From Bigelowiella natans CCMP2755 (Eukaryota; Protista; Cercozoa), in contig ADNK01000483.1 of the NCBI GenBank assembly GCA_000320545.1, positions 1 through 64,000 on the forward strand: a stretch of DNA of 64,000 nt. Direction: 5' to 3'. Positions within the stretch are counted from its first letter, which is position 1; every line of letters begins with the position of its first letter. Both the position numbers and the translations under genes were made by a program. Shown piece by piece: positions 49,617 to 63,899 of the stretch. The notes below the pieces were generated by a model. It was given only the letters and a program-made list of their open reading frames with translations. It did no database searches and was not told where the DNA came from.

Positions 49617-52600
49617 TGGATGGAGGGGAGGGGTAATTATTGCTAAGAGCTCTGTTTGAAGGGCCGTCATGTAGATGATGATAGAAAAATAACTCATGCC
49701 TTATTCTCTTCGCTATGTCTAACTCCCCATTCCTCTTCTTCTTCTCCTCCTCCTCCTCCTCCCCCGCCCTCTTCCTTCATCTCCTCTATTTCTTTCTGAT
49801 TCTAGATTGAGAAAGGAGAAGACCGAGCTCCTTCAATGGTTGCATAAGGAAGAACAGGTAATACTTGAGGGGGGGGAGGAGTATCCAGCAGCTGAAAGCT
49901 CTCGTGAGCGATATTTGAATATCTGAATAATACATGAGTGAGGCACTTCCTACAGTATTGTTTCAATACTCTCACTACTGCTGCTGCTCTAACGAATCAA
50001 TCCACACAACGTGTTGTCCGTTGTGTTTTGTCTTTCCAAGTGAGATGAATACACACTCCTTTGTTCTGCTCGTCAGAATGCGCTGCACAAGATCGAGTCT
50101 CAGGAGGCACTCACAGATACGATTAAGTCACAGATAGAGGTAGTGTCTGAAAGGGGGGAGGAGGATGGATGCATCCTGGCCAAAGTTGTTCTTGTCGATC
50201 TCCTTGCTGATGGGGCGCTATGGCTCATGTACTCATTTATTTCTCTCAGTACCTACAAAAAGCATATAATCAAGCGATGTCCAAAGCCGACACCTACCTG
50301 AAACAGATACAGGTAGTAATAGGAGAGGAGGGGATAGTATTCGGAGGGGTTCTTCCCTCCTTTTGCTCGTTTTTTGGCTGCTTTTCTGTCGATTTTTCCA
50401 TTCTTTCTTCCCTCCCAGGATGATAATGTTTGCTCGTTTGTGTCTAGGGAGTGGGTTGTTGGTTTGGTCAACGTCCCTTCTCTCGCCCCACTCCTGCCAC
50501 GTGCCCCGTGCCCCGTTCATGGCATTTTCCAATGGTGATGACAATGATACGTTATTCGTAGCACATCGAGGTCCAGAGGAGATTGCAGACGACACCTCCG
50601 TTCAATGAAGCCGTTACTAAGGTGCTGATGCGCTGCAGCAGCGAAAGCCAAACACTAATCTGGCGACCAATATCATCAATACAGTATTCTCCTTGCTCAT
50701 TCCCCTCCTCCACTCTCCCTCCTTTTTCCCTTAGATTTCTCTTTCGGAGGAGCAATATATGGACTCTCTGACAGAGCTAAATCATTGGTGAGGGTGCTGA
50801 TAGAGGAAGAAGAAGAAGAAGAACTGAAAACCCGATTTGTTTGTTTTAAAAAGTGCCTTCCAGTATCTGTATCGCTGTGTAAATGAAACTGTGTATTTTT
50901 TGTGTTTAAAAAAATTCAGGCGTGAAGCAGCGATCGAGATCGCAAAGCAAGCTAAGGAGGGGTATGTTCTCGTAGTTAGTGTCGCCGACGTCGTCGTCAT
51001 TATTCTCGTTCGGGGGCAAGGAGGAAATTTACATCACAACGGCAAATAATAGGATTAAGAGACGAGGGGGGGAGGATACGTAATAGTACATCCTCGCGTT
51101 GAAAAGTTGATTGGTGTTGGCCATGTTGCCTGTCGCACGCCTCCTCCTCAAACAATCCCCATTGCTCTCTCACATGAACTTCTTCTTCGTTTGTTTTCAA
51201 GATTTGAATTCCTTCTCTCTTCTCAGTTACCAAAGAAGGGAAGTTGCTATCCAAGAACTCACGCAGTACGACGAGAAAGACGAATAACGACGATGACCAC
51301 AGCCTTTTATCTTAAAACTTTCCGCGATATGCGCACCTGCGAGCTGCTTGCATATTTCAATCTGGCGTGGCATTCGTAGAGAAATAGTGATTGGGTAGGG
51401 AGTAGAAAGGGGGGGGGGGGGCAATTTTACTTTGGCGTAAGTCATTAATGCAAAGATACACATTCGTGCACAGATGGTCAATCTTTCGTCATGGTATTCA
51501 TCGTTATCATCATCATTATCATTATCATGATCATGATCATCATTTTTGGAAAAAAAGATGGTGTAAGGCATCTCGCCAGAGGCTGGATGCATGGATCCAT
51601 CACCAGCAGATTCAGATTACGCAGAAGCTACTTGCAGGTAGGAGGCGGTAGGAGGACAATAGCTGTTAGCTGTCCTGTAGCTAACACGCATCTCTATGGT
51701 TCCCTCATTATGCTTTCCTCCTCCTCCTCCTCCTCCGCCTCCTCGTCTTCTCACTGTTTCCTTCTTGTCATCGTTGTTCACGCTTGTTCTGCTGGACCTC
51801 CTTCTTCTCTTTTCAGGCAAAGCTGCAGTCGACCATATGAAGCGGGAGCTTGATGGCCTGAAGCACATTATCGAAGACGCGAAGGTGCCCGCGGACGCCT
51901 TGCCACACGCACACGCACACGCACAGTTAGTAGTTACAATTCGGAATGTTTTGAATCACATCGCTGACTTGTCTTCTCCGCCTCCTCTCCCTCCCCCCAA
52001 CCAACCACTCCTCGCTCCTCCTCCTCCTCTTCCTGTTCGCAAGGAGCATGAGGAAATCTACAACACCTCTCTGGAGCGGCTTCGCGTGTCCGGAAAGGTA
52101 CGGAAGTAAAGGAGAATAGGATGAGCAGCAGCAAGGAGGGGGGGAGGGGGGTAGAAGATACGTAGCAATGTGTTAGCTCTTCGTGTCGGGAGGAGCGTGT
52201 AAAACGTCAAAAAGGATGAAGATGACGACGAAGGAGAGCAACATATATGATAAGAGAATAAACTATTGTTAATGAATATCAGGTCGGAACACTAGAGGCG
52301 GTGCTGGGAGCTTCAATGCAGCAGGTGAGTAGAATCAAGAGAAGAGGGAGGAGGAGGAGGAGGAGGAGGAGGAGGAGAAGACACCCGCCAACACACATGC
52401 TCCACTGACTCCTCCTGCCATCTTCAGTCTTCCCCCCCCCCAACCCCCCCATCTCTCTTTCTCGCTCGCTTTTGCTCTGTTCTCTAAATCCCTTTCCAAT
52501 GGCACAGGAGGCATTGATACAGGCACGTGCCCACACACTCAAGAGCACCACCACTGAGGTCGGATATACATGTGTATTGCTGCGGAATTCGGAAGCGCAC

Positions 52601-53327
52601 GCCCTTCCCTACCAAAAATGATTCAAATATTTACAGTAGGAGTTAAGAGGAGGAAGGGGGGGGGGGGAGGAGGGTTAGAAATAATCGGTCTGAAAATCGA
52701 AAGGTGAACAACGTAAAAAGCTCACATCATTGATCTCCTCCTCCCTGTTCTTGGGTGCTGCCGTTGTTCTGCACAGGTCAAACGTCGTCTGGACGCCCTT
52801 ACAGAGCATCTGGCCAATCTTGGCGGTTAGTAGTAGTAGTAGTGATAGTTGTAGTGGTTGCAGTTGTGATGGTGAATAAGGTGGGTGAGTACGGGGAGGA
52901 CCCACGATCGATCCTAATGCCTCCTCCTCCCCCCTCTCACACGCAAATGTCCTGCAGTGTTTGGCCTGATCCTGCTGCCCTCTCCCTCGGCACGAGTGAG
53001 GATGATGATGAATGATGAGTGATGGTAATTGTGCAGGCCCCATCGCTCAGTCTCCCAGACCTCCTCCTGCAGAGTGGGGCCAGTACTTGACTTCTCTCCC
53101 CGTTCCTGTCGTCGACCCGCATCTGCAAGCCGCCGGCGCGGTGGTGGCTGCGAAAGGTGTCAGGCCTGTTCGGGCAGTTGCTGCTGCACTGCCTCATCCT
53201 GCTGTTCTGCATCATCCTTTGCCTCACCCCCCCGCTCTCGGTACGTACGTCGCACGCCCTAGCTAGCGGGGAAATATCGCTATGCATTGCAAAGAGACAA
53301 CACCAACCATCTATTCGCTTCATTGGC

Positions 53328-53373
<46 letters not shown>

Positions 53374-53424
53374 ACGTACATTTGCGTGCACAGATATTTG
53401 AAGTATGATGTAAATACTTACACG

Positions 53425-53475
<51 letters not shown>

Positions 53476-53737
53476 CCTATATAAGACCTTAATCATGTGA
53501 ATGCGTGGTTTTGCATGTTGGTTCCTTTTGTCTTCTGTTACTTCTCTGTGACCATCAGCACATGCAGTCGCCGGGCAGAAACAGGCCACGGCATTCCCGC
53601 CAGTGCCGACTCTTGACGACGATTTCGGTATGAGGCTCAGCAATGATAGTAGTAACTTGCATCCTTCTCACGCGTTCTACGCACTCATATCAAAATGGTG
53701 CTCATCTTCTTCAGGTGCCGATGACCTCGATGGATGA
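48770..53737 (+). CDS. Multi-exon coiled-coil protein of unknown function (start approximate, may lie further upstream)
   Basis: In-frame exon chain MMEAMIGNMDKQLDATIGKVS|GGTNG...YMEM|AKMAARKAEGLIVGTKTELAALVQR|LRKEKTELLQWLHKEEQ|NALHKIESQ..|YLQKAYNQAMSKADTYLKQIQ|HIEVQRRL.. with consistent GT-AG boundaries. Confidence 0.6.
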
Positions 53738-54496
53738 GCAACAACTGCATAGCCGCGGTTGTTTCATGTTGACAATGCTAGACGAACGGGGAAGCGCTGC
53801 TGCCTCGCTGTCTCGATGATGAATTGTGCTGTGCGTTAGAGACGTAATGCAATCCTACGATCAGCCACAGCAAGCTAGCTAGCTGTGGGACATTTGGACA
53901 TACACGCTCTTTTCCTACCTAGCTAGCTACCTGTCCGGTCGATTGACATCTATATGTGTTGATTGCTCTAATGATCGTGAAGAAACAGAGCAGACGATCA
54001 CATTCTAGCCATTGCACCATGCTAGCTAGCTAGCATGCTATGCATAGCGCGTGCGGTGGTTTCGTAGTGTACGACTCGATGCGTATGCGCTAGCATGGTG
54101 TACCGTCATTGCATGATGCCGAGATACGCTATGTAGAATCTATCACTAGATCATCCCGTTCCATAAGCCATCTACGTGTGTTATGTAAATTTTGTACGGC
54201 CGCGACGGGAAGCGTGTAGTTGCAGGCGCATGCATGAATTTGTAGTGATGATGATTTTGTTATGCTACACATTAGTTGTGTGGCTATGACATCGTGCATC
54301 GGCGCTACATCCGAGTTAGCCGCAATCGATGCGATATGACGCTGCAACGATGCGCCACTACACATCCAGCAGCATGCATGCGTTGGCCATGTCGGAATAT
54401 CGATCGTGGAATGTACAGATTGAAGTCCTTGCCACCGCTCAGTCCTCGATCTATAGCTCCTCCTGCTGATTATTATTGCCACAGCATATATAGGGC

Positions 54497-54990
54497 TTAG
54501 ATTTCTTGACGAGCCGCTGTAGCCAGTTTGAACGCCAACTGCATTTTGCGTTCCGACGGATAGTGAGAAGGGAAGTGTTTTGGGGCACACCAGCCATCGC
54601 TGCCGTGTAGTTCCGCCTCTGTTTCTAGCATCGCGATGCTGTAGTTTTCTACGTTGTCGCCGTCGTCATCGTGGCTGCCCGTCACATCACCTTCACCAGC
54701 CTCTTTCTCGTCCATGAATTGTCCAGTGTGCAGCACGGACACACTACTACCCCGCTTGCTCCCCGACTCAACGATCAAGCTGCTTCTGTGTTTGCCACCG
54801 TTAGAGGGAGGAGAGGACGACGAGGAGGACGGGAGACCATCATCCATGAACTTGACCAGATCGGCTAGCGGCGTGTTGGTTTCCAGAGCCTTCCTCGTTC
54901 CCTCCCAGTCAGCAACGAGCTCTCCGATCGCTCCTGCGTTGCACAGAATGAAAGTAATGGCCATAGAATTGGTGGGGGCAGTAGCAGCAG

Positions 54991-55030
<40 letters not shown>

Positions 55031-55650
55031 GAAAAAGCGTAAGGAGGAGGAGGAGGAGGATGGTTATGATTAAGGGCCAATACAGCAATGGTGAATACAC
55101 AGACAGCACACACACGTCCTCATCATCACCACCACCACCACCATTAGCGTCATCCGGCAAGAAGCAATTCCTTGCCGTACCCTCCACCTCACCTTGATGC
55201 AGTTTCTGGTACACTCCCAGCGACATCTTGCTAGCTTGGTCGTCGACACCGATGAAGTTCTGTATTGCCTCAAGATACCGAGATGGATCCTCCGCAAGGT
55301 CCTGCAGTAGAAAAGGTGGGTTAGTTGTTGAAGACAGGAGGAAGGGGATAACGATGAGTAGATAATGATGATGATGATGATGATGATGATGATAGTGATG
55401 ACTAATGGCAATGATGAGGATGAAAAAGATGAAAATAGCAAATGAAACACCTCGTAAGCCAGGAATAGAGAGTTCTTTGCCATTTTATGGATTCTCCTCA
55501 AGATAAGAGCCTTACCCGCCCACCTGCGGAAGGATGATAAATTACAGCAAAAATCAAACAGAACTTGTTCGTTTTTTAATGTAGTAATAGTAATGGTGTG
55601 GGACTGCGCTCGAGAGATTCTTTGAGATATAAAACTTATGTGCACACACG

Positions 55651-55689
<39 letters not shown>

Positions 55690-57241
55690 TTTAGATAAAA
55701 ATCTATATGTAACTGTAGGTATATACGCACGCACGTGTGTTGTACATGTGCTTAGGTATGCAATCACGATTACTTTGATACTTCTCTGGCCAAGAACTGA
55801 GGAGAAATCTCTGAAGGACCAGTCTCCTTCATCGTTGACTACAATATCAAACAAAATTCAAGAGCTCGAAATCACTTATGGTGATTGATCCTATTGCTCG
55901 GCTTTGCTCATTCCACTCTCCCGCTGTTTCTTCTTCTTCTTCTTCCTCCTCCTCCTCCTCCTCCTCTTCCTCCTCCATACTCTTCTCCCTCCTCTCCCTA
56001 CTTTCTCCCCTCTCTTACTTTGTCCTTAACATTGTACTTCTCGTTCTTGCCGCAATTTTGATGCCAGCTGGAGATAGCGCGACGAATAGCATTTTTCCTG
56101 ACTGATCATAATTTATGGTCCATAAGTAAAAAAGGCAAGAGAACAGCAATGATGAGCGCCCTCTGTCATCACGAGAGAGGGGGTGCAGATTCGTGATAGT
56201 TCAGTTGGTTAAGAATATTACGGAGCACTATCACGCGGACATTGCGATTGTTCAGATGTTGAATCGTCTCCTCGACATTGTCCAGGATGCCCTGGTTAAG
56301 CATCCACTTAAAACCTGTTGCTTGGATCTGAGGAGGAGGAGGAGAAGGAGGAGGAGGAGGGCCATTACTAATCAACCGTTTCGTTTTGTGTGCTACCAGC
56401 ATGGTCTGGATGATGCAAAGGATCTATCCAGGTTTCCATTAGCACTTGACCTGTGGGTTTTTCGGTGGCGAGTACATCATGTCCAAAAACTCAGATGTGG
56501 GCCATACTTCCTCAATGTGGTCGTTGTTGGAGGTCCTGTTCAAGAACCTGGAAGATGCATTCTTCATGCCGAGTACTGCACCGAGCTCAAGGACAGCGAA
56601 CAAGGGGAATAGTGGTGTTACTTTTGAATCAATTGGGATTGGCGCTTGCTTTTTGAGAGGATCTGCCTCAGCCTCTTCATATTGATGATCTCATAGAAGT
56701 TCTCGACTTGCGGATGAGACTCCATGATGGAACCTACAATGACAACGATGTTCAAGAAGAGAATGACATCAACATATCTTTGGGCATTACTGAGCCAAGT
56801 TGATCCCGATCTATGCATAGTGACAATAACGTATTTGTGATAGGAGATATCTCGGTTCGAGACAGCAGGATGAAGACTCGACGTCCATGTCCCCAGAACT
56901 AGCTGGACCCGCAAGATCAGCGCGAAGCTCAACCTCTATGATTATTACTAATATGAAGAGGCTAAAGCACTCGAAGTTCAAGTAGCCACAAGGGGGGGAA
57001 GAGAGGAAGGGAGGGAGGGGAGGGACGGGACGGCAGGTTGGGTGGCGACTTACCACCATCGTTGATTTTGTAATACTGAAGTCTCGAGAAGTTGGGCCTT
57101 GCGGCAACAATGGTTTTGATGGAGAAAATCCATAAAAATCCATGTCGTACATAAAAAATAGGAGCCAATTTCAGATAAAAACAGCAACAACAACAACAAC
57201 AACAACGATAATTTGCCCAACACCAACGCCTTGTCGACCAA
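54497..57241 (-). CDS. NodH/Stf0-like P-loop sulfotransferase, multi-exon (5' end approximate)
   Basis: 5'-PSB motif VIVTMHRSGSTWL, then SHPQVENFYEI, ATGFKWMLNQG, VRVIVLRN, AYE|DLAEDP and GELVADWE. These resemble plant NodH-like proteins (QRSGSGW, AVGFKWMLNQG, YEDL, DLVENW). Confidence 0.78.
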
Positions 57242-58322
57242 CTGTTCGTACTTTCATTCTGGCCATGAAAACAAGCTGAATTATCGCACATGTACTTGTC
57301 GCAAGGGGAAAACGGGATGGCTTTTTTTTTGGGATAATGTCAAACCAATCAACCTAGGCCGTGCTCTGCAACAGACAAGTTCGAGGGTTTTGTTTCACTT
57401 GCTTGCCGCGTTCCTGTGTCAGTTGCTCACTGCTTTCGTCTCCAGCTGCACACGTCTGAACATTGCCAAGCACGTGCCAAATGTGCATGTGGAAAGAAAA
57501 ATGTGCGTGCGTGCGCGGCTTGTCAGATGTCGGCTTGAAGCAATCATTGAAGTGACAAGCTGCAACAGCTGGCCAGCAAGCCAGCAAGCTGCACGTGTGA
57601 TGTGTGCGTCCATCCAGCCATCGTCTACCAGCGATCAATCGCCAAATCGAACACTGCTGCGTCCCTTGCGTGCGCAGTGTTCGTCATGGCATGACAACAA
57701 CGTGCTATGTCTGTGCAACAGTCTAGATGTGCTTTTTGAGCTCACTAGCAACTGCCAACATGTGCACACATGCATGCTAACATGTAGATAACAGACACAT
57801 CATAGCATAGCATATGCAGATGCATGTACCAGGCATGTTGGCTAGCTAGGCGGCTAGCTACACATGAAGCTGCAAAAACATCGTTGGCTCTGGCTTAGCT
57901 CGTTGCCTACGACCCAGCGCTAGCAGATATTTGATAGTCTCTATAGATGCACGTAATGCAAATTTGTACTAATGATTGTTCCTTTAGCGTGGTAGCGTGT
58001 ACATCTAGATATTAATTAGACATGTAAATGTTGTACTCAGGAGGCGTCCACTAATAGCTCCACTATACCACCTTTGTTTGCACCGCCATCCCTCGTAGCA
58101 GCATACAAGCGCAAAACATATTGCCTATAGTTAACACATTCCTATGAGCATTAAAGCGCACATTCCAGCAGCAACTTGCATCGATTTTGCTGTTGTGCAT
58201 ATAGCGACCAAGTTTGTTGATCATGCTCAATCCAGAAGAAACTGTATCAATACTACGTGTTTTCTAGATTTTGCAAATTCTTGATCATATTTTCATTCAG
58301 TCGTATTACGAAGTGAAGCATA

Positions 58323-58886
58323 TTAAGGATCTCCAGAAAATTCTTTTGCTTGTTCTCTGATCTAAAGTAATTTTTAAGGGTACGTCAACGAAAATTCAAT
58401 TCGAGTTAGTATGAAATCATGGTCTGTAAATATTATAACAAACATATCCATAGATATAACCTTCTTGTCATACTTGTCCCTCTTCTTCGTGTACATAGCC
58501 GATGCTGGCTGATTCGCAGGATCTTCACAGTTTGGGCTGCCAACAATAAAAACAAATTTCAGGGCGTGGTGTCGTCTCTTTTTCTAGTGGATGTCTCACT
58601 CATCAAGGAGAGCCTGTATTCCTAGAAGTATCTGGCTCACTGATATTAAAAACCATTTGGCTCATGAGTCACTGATTACGGTTCCAGAACTTCAACGAGA
58701 ACATCCCGCACCGGATAGCGAAGCAGCCCAATTTTTATCGGGCTTGAGGATGCTTAAGCATATGCTTCCGTCGTCGAACACATTTGGATGATAGATTTTC
58801 GGCTCAAACCGGGCCGAAGGTGGATTGCCTATTGTGAGCATCCATATTCAATATTCAGTATTGAAAACTTTGATGTATGTGTATGT

Positions 58887-58922
<36 letters not shown>

Positions 58923-59254
58923 TCAATACTGGGGAAATCCTCCGGGAAAGTTAGAACCACTTTGTACCGGCCTCCCTCCCATGCCGTTCCTATGATGGCA
59001 AAAACAAAGGTACACTGAAAATTTTGGTCATGATAATCGAAAGAAATTGAATCGTCAGCATGCAATCGGGTCTCAAAGCAAGTGTGCACGTGACAGCAAC
59101 CTTTCTTCCCTGGGAACCCGCACAGCCACTTGAAGAGGTTCTGCGATCCGTCTTTATTTTTCTCTGGTCTGGCAAAGAATCCAAATGGTTTCTGCTTACG
59201 GAAATTCTTCCGCTCGTTTGCGAGTCGCTTTCTTGCGGCGGCGGCGGCTGCCAT
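58323..59254 (-). CDS. UBC9: SUMO-conjugating enzyme E2 (6 exons)
   Basis: [50 protein letters not shown]|[15 protein letters not shown]|[21 protein letters not shown]|..[10 protein letters not shown]|DPNCEDPA..|[12 protein letters not shown]. Confidence 0.92.
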
Positions 59255-59429
59255 GAATATGGAGTTCAACCGGAAAGGGCGAGGCCTTGCTTGTGGGAGC
59301 TTATACCTTATACCGGTACCGGTAAGTCTGTCCACCAAATGCTTCCGTTTTACATCAGACGACAATATATTCTCCTCAGACGTCAAAAAAATTACATCTG
59401 AAATAGCTTCCCGGCAAATCCTTTCTATG

Positions 59430-60009
59430 AAGGTCTACCGATGCGGAAAAATGTCCTGTGATTTTACTCCTGCGACAAAAGGTGCACGTGGAGGGATTCT
59501 CTGGCTCCAGACCGTGTTCCAGCCACAGAGATGCCATCACGAACAGGCAGGATTTCTTAGATGTTTCTGGATATAAAGCACAAATGGAACAGAAGGACGA
59601 CAGATTACAATTTACCGAAGATCGGTACAGGAAATGGAATAGACTTGGGCTACATTCACATGTATATTTTGACTAATAATGGCTATGTAGGTGACATTTA
59701 ATTGACACCAAGCGATAGGCCTCTAATGCGACGTCATGCCTCCCGTCAGCTTCTGCGGGCCCCCCGTCATCGTCGATTTCATGCATTAACTATCAACGAT
59801 GTCAAAATGCACTCTCCAACTGATTCCACAACGCGCTTTCGAAGGTGCATGCCGAACTACCTCACCACCCCTGGCACGACCACATTCACACGCTCATTTA
59901 GAGGAACCCTTGATATCGACGCTCTAATACAGGATGGGAAGTGGGAGGTACGTCTCCCGTCCATTAGAAAATTCACGGACATTTTCCTAAGATATTGTTC
60001 CATATTTGC

Positions 60010-60067
<58 letters not shown>

Positions 60068-62649
60068 CTCTCTGTGCGTGTGTGTGTGTATGTGGTGTAT
60101 GTGTCAAAAAGGCCGCAACGACCGCTCTAGCTGATGGCAATCTCAAACCTTATGAAGACGCCAGTAAATTTAACCTGCTCTTAAGGTTTATTAGTTTCTC
60201 CAAGTGTCCAAAAAATGACCCAAATATGATGTGATGTTGATAATCCTGAGAAGAGAATCTGTTAAAAATGTGATGTTGATAATCCTGGGAAGAGAATCTG
60301 TTCTATAGAAGAACAAGATGCACCACATTCTTCTCTCTCGCATTGACTTTCCACACCACTTGACGACTTCTTACAAAAACAGAGCTGTGACTCAGAAGGG
60401 TACCCAGGAGGAGATGTGGAAGTAAGTGAAGAATCAACCTCCAAACTTCTCACCACAAGTTTCCTCTCAATGGTCTACTGCTGCAACTTCCTAAACATTT
60501 CACTCTCTCATTATACCCCTTCCTTTGTGAAAAACAATCAGCGTGATATCTGCAATGGTTGATGCTGGAATCCGCCTGGATTCCATTCACTGCAACATCA
60601 TTTGCCAAGAGTAAGTAGTGCTGCACACTTGAAGCAACTATATTATTTGGTTCTTGAGCGTCTGCGCCCTCATTCTTCAGATTATGCAAGGGAGGCAGAC
60701 TGGAGGAAGTCGTGGAGTTTATGTAGGCACCCTCACTATCAGCATCATGTTTCGTCAAATTCCCTATTGATTTCGTATTTTATGCTATCGTCGGGACGGA
60801 TCAGGGACCACATGACACAAGGGGGGGTACCGATCTCGGCGAATTTATTCAACATGCTGATAATGGCACAAGTGCAGCAGAACCTTATGGATGATGCGAA
60901 GCAGACGATCGAACTTATGGAGGAGGCTGAGTTGGAGCCGAATGAGGCAACGTTGAACCACATTATCACAGGCATTAAGGTATAGCCAGACAATAAGAGA
61001 ATGACCGTGTAACACAACTACCTCTCGCAACGTGTACTGGATCTTTAAAGGAAATTAATAATATGATCTCAGCGGCGTGGAGGCACTCCCAGCTTCGAGA
61101 ATATTCAGTTTTTCCTGGTAGTATCAGCGTGGAGCACCTCCCCACTGTAGTTGCATGGCATATTTACAACCGTTGTTTCTCCCCCCCCACAAAGGATAAA
61201 TATGGAGGAAATCCTCAAACCATGTGTATAATATTCGAGATTCTTCTGCAAAATGGTAGTTGCCGAACCACAAAAACCTGAAAAGAAAGCAGCTGCTGGA
61301 GCTAGTTAAGACCGATGGTGGCTACCACGTTGCGCTTATTGGACAATGTTGATGATGCTGGTGACATTACGAATATGTTGTGTCTCATCTTTGCAATACC
61401 CTTCGCAGGCATGGAGGACGAGATACCGAAAGTCTTTGAAATATTCAAGGGCAAAGGTGCCAATAATCGAGATGATGATGATGATGATGATGATGAATGG
61501 GTTGTCCTCTCCTCTACTTACAGTGTGAAAGTACGATAAAATTCCAAGATATTGTAGGGGGTTTCCTCTCTCACCCACGCCTCCGTTTACTTGTGTTGTA
61601 TAGTCTTAATTTATATGTTGTTGTCGTCGTCATGATCATCCCTCGCGCCTTTATGATGATAATGCAGGCATAGCACCGACCACGGAGGCGTTCAACGTGA
61701 TGATGAAGTATTGCGAATCTGCCAACAGGTGGCACGAAACTCCATGGAGAAAGAGAATAATAAAAAACCAAAAAAAGGGAGACGCGACGTTGATGTTGCT
61801 ATTACTTTTTGGTGGGCGATGGAAAGGGGGGGGGGGGACTCACTGCTCTCAGTGTAGCATTTCTGTTCGCCATCTCTTCTTCTACTTCTTCCTGAATCAT
61901 CCTCTCCTTCATTCTTCCCCACACTGCTGTAAGGTCGTATGCGGTGCTGCGCAGCATGGAAATCTCAGGATGTGCTCCAGACAAATACACGATTTACTAT
62001 CTCGTCAGAGATGGGTATGGAAGATGAACAACAACGGGGCAGCAGCAACACATTAAATGCTGCATGATGATGATGGTGGTGGATGCTGGTGACTATGCTG
62101 TGCACGTCTATCAAACGCAAAACTGTGCGAGAGTAGTAAGCACTATAAAATGTGTGTATGTGTGTGTGTGTGTGTGTGTGTGTTTGTGTATGCTACTACA
62201 CGCTCTTATTATTATCATTATTATTATTATTATTATTATCGTCGTCGTCCTCATTATCAATCGCCATTCTCTCAGAGTGCTGTCCACTGTCGATGAGGTG
62301 AGGCGGATGTTGGAGAAAAATGGCCTACAGGTGATGGTGGTGATGATGCTGATGACGATTTGGAATGTGAGCTGGATGATGATGATGATGATCATGCTGA
62401 CGGGGTACCTCCTTAACGATAGTCCTCTCTATCTCATGTGCAATGATGATATCAACATTCCTGATGCCTTTCCTACACCTTGTTGCTGCTAACACTACTT
62501 TTAATACTACTACTGCTACTCCTACTACTCTTTCATTACTACTACTACTACTACTTCGAACGACTGTCGCCATCCCTTCTCAGCTCGATGGAGATCTCAT
62601 GAGCGGTTGTGTCAACGGCTTTATCGCGAAGTAATAAGTTGTGTTTCCT

Positions 62650-62680
<31 letters not shown>

Positions 62681-63024
62681 ATGCGTTCGCACCCCACACT
62701 TCTTTCTCATGTCCCATATCTCTCTCTCTCCCATCTCTGTGTCTCTGACCGTCGACATCCCACATCCCATCCATTCCCAGGTCGTTGCCGATGGAGCTCC
62801 TGAACTGTGGTAAGCAAAAAAACAGGCGAGGGGGGGGGGGGGGGGACGGCTAGTAGTAGTGGTAGTAGTAGCACTCTCTGTTGTCGGTGCTGTAGGCTGT
62901 GGCGGATGGGTATTTGTTTGATGATGTCGTTGTGTTTAATGATTTATACGCCGGTAGAGAAACATAGGATTCAACTAGAGCAAAGGAAACCTGCTGGAGC
63001 AGGCCCCCAAGGACTGGAAGGTGA

Positions 63025-63059
<35 letters not shown>

Positions 63060-63536
63060 TTTTAAAGGACATGAAATTATATATATGCGTACTACCACTA
63101 CCACAACCACTACCACTACTTCTACAACATACAAGAAGAATGTGGGTGGAATGATAATGATGTATGAGTGCGGCTGGTGATGATCATACAGTTACCGAGG
63201 AAGAAGCGGCTCTATTTGGCGGTCTGCTGGGAAAAGCAAATGAGGATGCGAGTAGTTTTTCTTCTCCTTCCTCCTCCTCCTCCTCCTCCTCCTCCTCCTC
63301 CTCCTCCTCTATGGACTGTAGATCCAACCTCGCCCCGTCGAATGCTCAAGGTTGGTAAATGGAAATGCTCTCTATGTATGGCATGGTGGTGTAGTAGTAG
63401 TTGCAGTTGTAGTATTAGTAGAAGTAGTAGTAGTAATAATAATACTAGTAATAGTGTAATAATAATACTAGTAATAGTGGCAACAGTAGTAGTAGTAGTA
63501 GTAGTAGTAGTAATATTACGCATAACATTCCTGTGT

Positions 63537-63571
<35 letters not shown>

Positions 63572-63862
63572 CTTTCAATTTATGACACTGCGCAATGAAT
63601 AGAAAGTATTCGCAATATAGGAGATACGCGCAAACACATCCACACACACACACACATACACAAGCGCACGTACGCAAACGTCGTATGCAATTCAAAACAG
63701 TTATTGCCACCGAAGAAGAACTGAGCCTGTTCGGCGGGCTGCTAAAGTTTAAGATGGCAGATAATAAGCAGCAGCAAGAGGAAGCTGGCACAACGGTAGT
63801 AGTAGTAGTAGTAGTAGCAGTAGTAGTAGTTGTATGGCTGTGATGGTGGAGGTTGTGACACA

Positions 63863-63899
<37 letters not shown>

